Assembly (NCBI GenBank): GCA_031835245.2
Contig: JAVKOQ020000012.1
Coordinates: 310,001-374,000, forward strand
DNA length: 64,000 bases
DNA from: Balamuthia mandrillaris
Taxonomy: Eukaryota
Reading direction: 5' to 3'
Shown here: positions 1 through 9,701 of the stretch, one piece after another
Position numbering within the stretch: the stretch's first letter is position 1
How the letters are laid out: every line of letters starts with the position of its first letter
Made by a program: the position numbers and the translations under genes
Notes under the pieces: generated by a model
The model's database searches: none
Told to the model about the DNA's origin: nothing
The model's input: the letters and a program-made list of their open reading frames with translations, nothing else

Positions 1-3000
1 AAGACCAAACGCCTCCGCGATGTTAAAGCTGAATGGTGAACAATCTTTGTTGATTGGTGCTTGTTGGCTGGCTGACTCTTTCCTAGATGTGCCGTTCTGT
101 TTTGTCTTTGCGCTTTCTTCATCTGCGCAGCTTTGGGTTGAGTCCTCATCGAGGTCAGTATCTTCATCGAATAATCCGGGTTCGTCTAGATCTTCGCCGA
201 GTTCCTCTTCATCTTCAAAAAGTCGTTTGCATACCTCGTCCCGCTCTTCTTGGTCATCCATGCGTTCTGTGAGTTGTCCGTTTTCCTCTTGTTCTATTTC
301 TTTTCTTTCTTCATGTTTTTCTTCCTCTTCTTCCTCTCCGCTCGAAGCCACTTTTACTAGTCGTTCATATCCGTTGCTCTCCAAACGAGCGTCTAACCCA
401 TCCTCTTGGTCGCCTTGACAAGGAACACGAACAAACTCATTGTCACCCGTTTTTCCTTCCTCACTGGGCATCATCTCGCTACCATTCTGAACGTTATCTA
501 CAGAGTCGTCAAGGCGTTGCCAAAAATCATCTTCACAGTCTTCCAGAGGCTCTGGAGAGTCTTCAATCAGTGGCTGAGAAGAATATTGCTCTGGGTCTTC
601 TTTTGGTTGCGGTACATCTTCTGCCTCTTGCTGTTCTCTTTGTTGCTCTTGTTTGTACTCCCCGATAGGAGGCACGATGAGAAGGGGTTCCTCTCGTTGA
701 GATGAAGAGGCAAGATCCTCCGGTTGAAATGTTTCTGTTTGTACAAAGTTCTTCCTCTTTCGCGTCCACATGAATGGGCTAGATGGTTGAGAGGGATCAC
801 AACCTTCAACAGCAAGCGATGGTGCACATATTTCTGTAGTAACTGGAATGGTGGCAGTGATGGGACGGTCCGCAAGAGATGTAGTGTTGTTTGTTGGACA
901 TGCGTCGACCACGTTCGAGGTTGGCAGAGATGAAATGGGAGAAGCAGAAGAGGAGACTGATGTAACTATAGGGGCAACAAAAGAAGAAAGATGAGAAGAG
1001 GGGGAGGAGAAGGAACGAGAAGAAGATGATAATGAAGCAGGCGAAGAGATAGAAGATGAAGGCGAAGAAGAAAACAATGTAGTGGACGGAGCAGAAGGAG
1101 ATGCAGAAATTGCTAAAGGTGAGGAAGGAGAAGAGGGAGGCGACGAAGGTGTGATTTTCGGTGTGGCTTCAGTGGAATCTTTAACCTTATCTCTGGTTGG
1201 AGATGCATACAATTCGAGTTGCAGAAGAGTCTGTTCTTCTTCTTCTGAATGTCCGACTTTACACTCAGTATCAAGAAGGTGGGTTCTAACTGCAAATCGA
1301 TCATTGACTAAGGCTGTTCGTTCTTGGTTTCCAACAGATTTCTTCCCGCTTTCTACCATCACGCTGCAATCCTCTTCAACACATTCGCTGGTGGCGACAT
1401 CGCGGAGTCCTTTTTCCTCTCTTTGCTCTCCGGCTAGCTGGGCTTCTTCTTTCGTGGCTTCGTCTGGTGGACCGATCGTGAGAATGGCCACTCCTTCCCA
1501 GTTCGGTTCAGATTGGTATATCTCTTCTTGCTTGCTTCCTACTTGAGACAGTGTAGAGGGTATAGATAATTCGTTCGGAATGCGTTGATGCTGTCTCAAA
1601 CTTTCATTCTTATCCGCGCAAAATGGAGAACGCTCAGTCAATTGCTGCATTGGGGTGGCGTATTGTGTTTGTTGCTCGTGTTGTTCAGGAGAAGGAAGCA
1701 ACGCAGCGTTGCAAGGGGATGCAGCATAGAGTGAGGGTACAGCCGTTAGCTGCGATTGGGGCTCGTTAATCATAGATGGCCCAGTTTGAGGGGATAGGCC
1801 TGTCAGAGAGTTGCCAAAAGAGAATGCGGGTTCAGGACTAGGGGAGACAACGTTTGCTGTTGCAGCTTCATCAATATCCACCTCGAGCTCGTTCTCAATT
1901 TCCAGATTCATCTCGACATCTTCATCTTTAAACTCGACTTCCTCTTCCATGACTTTGACAATTTCTTCCGCAACCACGTCCGTTTCTTTCCGTACTTTTC
2001 CATACATTTCTGGTTTGTGTTCCTCTTCTGCTCCATGCTCCATCTCTTCCGTAGCGTCTTTTTGTTTGCTCTTCGTCCATATTTCATCAGATGCCGTGCC
2101 CACATCAGCCTTTACCATTCCTGCGTTTACCACTTGTTGAAGAACAGGGCCATCGTTGACTTGAGCACCTTTTTTGGATGAGAATGTTGGTTCGGCTTCG
2201 TTCGTTAATGGGACTCCATGTTGCTGCAATATCTCGTTTGTGGTTTGAACAGAAAGTTGAGTCACGGAAGGCTTTGCAGGCCGAACAGAGTGTGGAGTGA
2301 CCTCCAAGGAACACGCTTCAGATGCTTCATTTGGCGGGCGGTTCGCTGGCATTTCGGCCTTGATAGCTCCTCCCTAAAACACATCAAGAGCATTAGCAAA
2401 GAAAACCGCATATTGAAATGTTTTTGTTTACGTACCTCTTTTTTGGTTTCGCATACGACATTGCTATGCTGGCTCTTTTCCAATAATAAGGGCAAGGTAA
2501 CTGACTTCGAAGATTTCTCCGAAACTGAAGGCCTTTCGTTGTATGCAGCGCTTGAATGGATGTTCCCTGAACGAAAGTCGAATACCCTAAAGGGTTGAGA
2601 GCTTAATCTTTCCAACGAACTGGGCTTTGAGTGAGGGTGAATAAAGCGTGCTCCCTCCAAAGTTTGCCTCATAGTATTGGATTTGGGGCGGGAGAGGGAG
2701 AAGCTGGAGGAAGACACAGCCCCCAATGACGAAACAGAAGACGCTGGCGAATAGATAGAACCGTGTTGAAGTGTTGAGAAGTCAGGAGAGGGCCACTGCG
2801 TGTGGTGTACAGTCTGCAAGAGTGTATCGGAAGAGAAGGTGCTGGTACGGCCTAAAAAGGAAGAAGGCACCGAAACAGCCGAATGCCTCTTTTGTTCGGG
2901 TTGGAATGGAGCAGAAGAGTACCTCTTGGTTGTAGAAGTCACCTCAGCGGAAAAACTGGAGGAAGCTGCTGTCCCTGACAGTAAGGTTGACGGCGTAGAA

Positions 3001-3700
3001 GAGTAAGAGATAGCAGCAGGCTGTGATGTTGAGATGCTGGGTTGTTTGTAGGATGCATTCGGCGAATGAGGCGCTCCGTCTAACGGGTAGGAAGGCGCTG
3101 GAGAAGTGAAATGCATCCTTTTCTGCTCGGGTTGCGATGACGCAGAAGAGTCGTTCTTAACTGCAGGATTTGACTCCAAGGAGGACGCTTGCTTGGGGGC
3201 GGAGCAAGCCGCGTTACGGCTGAAGAACGACGGAAAAAATGCAAACTTGGGCGAGGAGCAAGTGTTTGAAGGAGAAGCAGTCACAGGCACACTCGAAGTC
3301 AAGGCCGAGACCAAGCGGGACGAGAATTCAAGGTCATCTTCTTCCACCTTCTTTGGAAGAACACGACAGAAGAAGACGAAGAAGAGAGTAAGCAACTTGC
3401 AGTTAAAATGCTATCAAGCCAAGAATAAAAACTTACCTCGCAAAGGCTTCGACTCATATGAAAAGAGGACTGCGGTTTATCCCTTTGAGTGATTTGGTCA
3501 GGTTTGGTGGCACCCTCAAGCGGCCTGTTGTTGCTACTAAAACGTAGCACGCCGTCACCCTCCTCTGCGTCCAGGGAGCCAACGGTCTGCCTTCCGGCGA
3601 GTTCCTCCACCGCAGGTAGCGCGCCTTCACGCAGGCCATCGACGTCGTTGTTCCCCGAATCCATTCCTCCGTGTGCGTCCAACGGCGTTGTGACCTCCAT
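1..3700 (-). CDS. Large low-complexity (Ser/Pro/Glu-rich) protein of unknown function; multi-exon, 3' end lies beyond the left edge of the window
   Basis: ATG at 3700 (MEVTTPLDAH...), GT-AG introns at about 3436-3353 and 2435-2374, then a long frame that appears open towards position 1 (GGAIKAEMPANR...VNDGPVLQQVVNAG...). No recognisable domain. Confidence 0.6.
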
Positions 3701-4162
3701 TTCTTCTTGCTACAGATTTCGAGGGAGGGCGTTGCTACTCACTTTGAAGAAGAAGAAGAAGAAGAAGAAGAAGAAGAAAGAGAAAAAAGAAGTACTATGA
3801 AAGATGAAAAGAAAGAAAACAACAGGGGGGGTTTGGATAAGAACGGCCTCATTGTCTGCTTGTCTCAGCTTTTTTTATTTTGTTTAGTTTTTTGGGGTCG
3901 CGTGGTGAGCTTTCCCCATCTTTGCATAGTCTCGTGTCGGGGGAAAAAAGGCGCGAAAATTGGGCACAAGTGGAGAAGCTGTCGAACACAAGGGTGCCAA
4001 CGAAAAAGTAGAGCGAGACAGAGACGGGAAAAAAAAAACCACCACAAAGGGGGAGTTGCCTGGCTTTTCATTTTCGTTTTTGAAAAAAAAGTAGTGGAGG
4101 TGTGAAGTGAAACTAACAAGAAGAAGTGCTGCACATCTTTGACAAAGAGAAGGGAGATAACG

Positions 4163-4513
4163 ATGGTACGTTGTGTGCAGTGATGGGGAGGGTTAAGAAT
4201 CCAAGTGCACTGAGTTTTTTTTTTTCAAACTTAAAAGGGAGATTTTCCAGCAGAGTACCAGGAGAGCCTCCATTTTCTCGAAAGTGCCGGTATTCCCTCA
4301 GGACCAGCCAAGCGCTTCCTCATCGTACGGTGCACCTTACTGGTTCAACTGTATTGTTTTTTTTTTTTTTTTGTTGGCATCTAAGTGCCTTTCTTTTCTT
4401 GTTGCAGCAAGCCAGAGGCGACGTGGGAATGGCTTTGGAGCTCTACGAAAACTCACTAACCAGTGCTCCTACTGCTGTTAGTTCTTTTCCTTCACTTCTC
4501 TGCTCTGTTCTCC

Positions 4514-4589
<76 letters not shown>

Positions 4590-7500
4590 CTCCTCCTCCT
4601 CCTCCTCCTCCTCCTCCTCTCCTCTCTGCTCTCTCTGACATTGTTGCTCAGAATCCGAATACTGGCAGACAACCCGGTTCTCAACAAATCATTCCGCATC
4701 CTTCTGCTGGAGGAAACGCTGGTGAGGTTGATCCTACTCAACTTGCTGCCAGTTTATTAGGCCAATTAAAACAAGTGTGCGTTTGTGTTGCGGTTTGACA
4801 ACAAAGTCACTATTAATCTCCTCTTCTCTCTCTCTCTCTCTCGCTCTCTTTCTCTCTCTTGCTCTCTTTCTTTCTCTCTTGTGGTAACAGACCAACAAAT
4901 CGCACTTCTACCACGACGGATGAAGAAGCTGAGTTACGAAGAGTTCTAGAATTGAGCAAACAGACCGCTACCGGTACCGCCCCTGAGCCATCATGTACGT
5001 AATTCTTTTGTGGCAGGAATTCAGACAAAAAACGATTCGTAACACAACCCGGTGTACACCTTTCGCTCTTTATAGCCGAAGATCAAGTGCTGGCTCGTGT
5101 GCTGGAAGAAAGCAAAAAAACAGCGGGAGTATCAGCAATGGATGTAGAATCTGGTGTACCGGGTTTCTCCAGTGACGAAATGCAACTGGCCAAGGCTCTC
5201 GAGGCATCTTTTCAATCGTCGGGAGTGGATTCCTACAGCCTCGCCACTGTTTCTAACAACCCTAACCACAGAAAACGGGAGGATGGCGTTCCTGTTGGCT
5301 TGAGGAATGTGGGTAACACGTGTTACTTCAACTCATTGCTTCAAACCTATTTCTTCATTCCTGAACTGCGACGGGCTGTGCTGCGCTTTCCTCCGCTATC
5401 AGAACTATCGGAGGAAGCAGCCAAATCGTCCACTGCTGCGTGTACGTTGAGCTTTCACGTTTTTTGTGTGTTTGATTGTTTGCTTGTTTCGTTTGTTGTT
5501 TGTCTTGGTTTTTCTTTATGAAGTGGTGTGTTCTTTCTGGGTCAATAATGTTTGTGCTCTTTCTACAGTTATGGTCGAGTTGCAGCGGTTGTTTGCGTAT
5601 ATGTTGCTTACAAACCAGAAATGGGTGGATCCAACTCCATTGTTGAAAAAATTAATGGACAAGAATGGCGAACCGATTAACATTGGCAATCAAGAGGATG
5701 TGAGTGGTTAGTAAGCCTTTTCTAGAGATGCTCCGAACAAAAAGTTAAGAAAACAAAAGAGACCTCTTGCATGAAACTGACCATTTCATATTATGGTCTG
5801 GCAATAATGACAATAGAATTCAACGAGCTTTTTTTGACTAGGATCACAGAAGGTCTTGAGTTGACTTCAAGCCTTTCACAGTCCAAGCAATCCTGCAAAG
5901 AAATTAAACAGTGCGCATGCCTTCATTCTTTCTTTTTTTTTTCTCTCTCCTCTCCTCTCTCATCAATTTCTCATTTTGCTTCCGTAGAATGTTCCACGGA
6001 ACTGCTATCGAGTTTTTGAATGCTAAGGAGTCGGATGGAACTCCAATAGAGACATCACAAGATGGCGTTGTAATTGCTCATCTGGTAAATATCTCATTTC
6101 CTTTTCCATTCAACGGGACATGCACTTGACTTTTGTTTTGCATGTTATTGTTGCAGATTTTGCCTGTTTCTGAACAGCCAGAAGACTTGTATACATGTTT
6201 AGATCACTATATGACGGATAAAGTCGAATATGCTACCGAAAAGGGTCATAAGACAGTGGCTGTACAATCGCGCTGGTTCACAAAACTTCCTGCTGTGCTC
6301 ATGATTCAACAAAACGTTCGTATAATTTTTTTCTTTTATTTTTGTTTTCTATTTCGTTTCTTTTGCCTTAATATGAATTTTTGCGTTTGTTACCGATAGA
6401 GAGTCAAGTTTAATATCGAAACAAACACATATCACAAACTCTCCACCCCTGTCCGTTTTGATAATGAGATTGCAATGGACCGTTACTTTTTGGAACACAG
6501 ACAACAAACCACTGAGGCCCGGGAAGTCGTCAACCAGTGGCGCGCTGAGTTGAACAAGCTGGAAGCTGAAATCCGAGCCATCACTCATTTCAAGGTCTGT
6601 CCATGAGCATGCGTCTTGTTTCTGCTTCTGCTTCTGTTTTTGTTTATTGTTGTTCGTAAGCAATTTGGTGCTAAACGGATGCGCGACATAGGGAAGGTCG
6701 CATGGATTGGATGAAGCCCTTCGAAGCGTGATTGACTATCTCACAGACAAACTTAACGCCACTCAGCCCCCAGACCCAGCTGTCAATCCTTCTATAGAAC
6801 TTCTCAATCAATATTATAAAGCAGAAACGGAACGTTTAGGAGGTACTTCTTAACCTTGTTTTGTTTTGTTTTATGTTGCCATATAAGCCACTCACCTTAC
6901 TCTCTCTCTCTCTCTCTCTCTCTCTTGTAGAATTGAACGAAGAAGCTAGAAAACTGCGAAACAAAATTGAATCTGCATATGACGATTTCCCCAAAGATGC
7001 AAAATACTCGCTCTATGCAGTTTGGGTTCACGCCGGTGTTGCTGGCAGCGGCCATTATTGGTCCTATTTGCGCACCGGTGTGACTAAAAAGCAATTGCAA
7101 GAAGCGCAGGCCAAGAAAGCCAGCGAAGGAGAGGGCGATGTCACAAAAAAATACAAGGAAGTGGAAGACATGAAAGATGCTAATTCAACAACGCAAGAAA
7201 TGAAAGGCAAAGACAAAGTGGAGGATGATGACTCTGATAAAGTGTGGCTTAAGAGCAATGATATTCGTATCACATTTGTACGTTCTGCTTGTTCATTGCT
7301 TTTCTTTTTCTTTTCTTGCTTTCTTGCTTTTTTTTTTTTTTTTTTTTTTTTTGGTGCTAATTCTACTTTCATAACAGTCCGACGAAGAGTCTATGTTACA
7401 GGAGGCGGTTGGTGGTTATGGTACCTCAACGGCCTACTTTCTTATCTACGTCGAGTCCGATACTTTCAAGCGCTTGCAAGAGACGCATGCTCATGGACTG

Positions 7501-9085
7501 GAGCAAGAGGCTGAGTATCTAACTTCTGATATGATAAGGGTAAACCATCGCTCTCTTTGTCTCTTCGGTTACTCATTTGTGTCGTTTGTGTTAAACAGAA
7601 AGAAATAGAGGAGGATAACAACAAATTTTTGGAGACGTTGGAAAAGTATAACAAGAGCTCAACCTCCGACAAGGTGGCCACCTTCCTCAACACGGTTGGG
7701 AACAAGCAAGCGGAGGCGCAGCAGTATGTGGAAGACGCTGTGGCCACTGCTGGTGAGAAGGACTTTAGGATTAAGAGCTTCTACGCCTGGTTGTACTCTA
7801 TTGGCTTTGTCGAACAGATGACCTCTGAAATTATCAAAGATGTCTTTGTGACAACCTTTGAGCGAGGCATTCATGTACATATCTTCTTCGTTCTCCTCCC
7901 TCTTCTTCTCTTTTCCAAAACGAGAAGTTATCGGCTTCATTGTTCTTCGTTGTTCTATTTTATTTGGCTGCTTTCCTAAAACTGTTAACTTCTCAAATAA
8001 TAGTTGGAGGTTGGAACAAGTTACTATACTCAAATCCAAGAGAAACTGGGAGCAGCTGTGGAACACGCTCTTACCAGTGCACTTGATGGTGCTGCGGTAT
8101 CAGAGACTCTCCGCGCTGAGCATCAAAGCTTCCGAAAAGTGGCTCAATTCTTTTCGGTTGGTTTAACATTTTTCTTTGAGCAAAAGTATGCATTTCTTTC
8201 TTGAGTTTTTTTCTTTCTTCTCCCACTAACCATTTTTTCTCATTTTTTTTCGCCCTGTTCGTTCTTATATGAAGATACGACAAGACATTTCACGCATTCG
8301 CAGAAGCTCTGATGGAAGACCGAAAGCAACAATATCCATCCGCCAGACGAGACCAGCTTATCATGGGCGTTGTTCGGGTCTGCTTATTGGTACGTTCAGA
8401 TAATTCGGAGTGAAAGGAAAAGGATAGGAAAGAGAGGAAGATATTAAACTTTTGTTTCCTTTCATTGCCAAAAGGGGTTATTTGAGGAAGCAAGTAAAAT
8501 GTACGCAGCTCACGATTGGGGAAGCATCAATCTGTTTTCGCGGTTGGCTTCATATGCAGGTGCCTTCTTGGAACTCAACGAGCCTGTTTACATCAGCATA
8601 CGTGATAGGCTCTTCACTCTCGCTCAGTCCTCACTTGCCAATATTCCTTCTCCAGATGGTAACCCCCGTGTACCCTCTCTCACTTAACTTTTCCTCTATT
8701 CTCACATTCTCTCGCTTTCTTACTGTTAATAGCTCGTGAACGTTTAGAAAATTGTGTACGAAGCATGCTCTCTGGTGCGAAGCCAACAGTGGAGATCATC
8801 CACCACAAGCTAACCGAGATAGGCAGAAGCGAGCTTGACAAGTGGGCCGATCTTGCCACTCGTATTCAACAACAATTGCAGCAGCTGAAAGAGGCTTATC
8901 CTGGGCTCTGTGCTGAGTTGTTGCCTCAACCGCCAGCCTCCCCCTCAACCTCTTCCGCTTCCAGTCAGAAGCCTGCTGGAGGGGCCGCCTCTCAACACTC
9001 CACGGAGCGGAAAGTAGACCCATCAAAAACTGTAGCAGGGGATACTGATGATGACGAACCTCCTCCCCTTGTGCGTAACGCGTAA
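4163..9085 (+). CDS. USP25: Ubiquitin carboxyl-terminal hydrolase, USP25/USP28/Ubp2-like (UBA-like + UIMs + USP domain); multi-exon
   Basis: Cys box GLRNVGNTCYFNSLLQ (~5297-5345), NQEDV, His box HAGVAGSGHYWSYLR (~7028-7075), WLKSND. UIM-like DEEAELRRVLELSK and DEMQLAKALEAS. UBA-like N-terminus (QARGDVGMALELY). Probable ATG-only first coding exon at 4163; stop at 9085. Confidence 0.9.
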
Positions 9086-9329
9086 ATAAAAAACCAATTA
9101 GCCGAAGTTTTGGGTTTGTTGCATGCCAATTTTTTCCTCGAATTTTGAGACCGGAACGAAGGGAGTTTATGCCACTTTGTTGGCTTATGTGGCGTCTTTC
9201 GGAATTTTTTGGGTTGCAATGCCACAAAAAAAAAGGGGGAAACAAGAAAAAAAAATGATAAAGAGAGAGGATGTTTGTTGCTCTGTGAGAGAAGTTGATT
9301 TTTTTGTTTTTGGTACCCTATGGGACGTA

Positions 9330-9701
9330 ATGAGCCCTAAAATGGCGCGAAAAGGATGTGTACTTCCGGTGACTGTGGATACACCGATTCCGGAATCTTT
9401 CTACACCTCTATTTGGGGGTACGAGCCCTGCCATGAGTACACCTCCGATGTGCAGTTTGAGCGCTCCCCCTTCTCTTCTATGCCGCACCTTCAGTTGGGC
9501 AAAGGGGGACGGTATGGCCATGCGCAAATAGCACCACCGATTCGAGTGTGTTATGACCCGCAGAAACAAAAAATCAAAGTCTCATTTCATTACAAAGTTT
9601 TCAATACACAAGGCCGCATGACATTTCCTCATCAACCGAATCAAGCGGTAAGTGTACCATTTATTTTTGCAAATAACGCTCTAGATCTGGAAAATGTTTA
9701 A
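9330..9701 (+). CDS. Small hypothetical protein (123 aa from ATG 9330), convergent with and overlapping the 3' end of the RAG1-like gene
   Basis: Open frame 9123-9701 with normal-complexity sequence after MSPKMARKG..., mostly outside the transposase ORF. No recognisable domain. A GTAAGT at 9648 could be a splice donor. Confidence 0.45.
   Translation: MSPKMARKGCVLPVTVDTPIPESFYTSIWGYEPCHEYTSDVQFERSPFSSMPHLQLGKGGRYGHAQIAPPIRVCYDPQKQKIKVSFHYKVFNTQGRMTFPHQPNQAVSVPFIFANNALDLENV

Noticed and set aside
9330..9701. Calling the partner ORF RAG2
   Set aside because: Too short, with no kelch repeat series and no PHD finger; only the orientation is similar.
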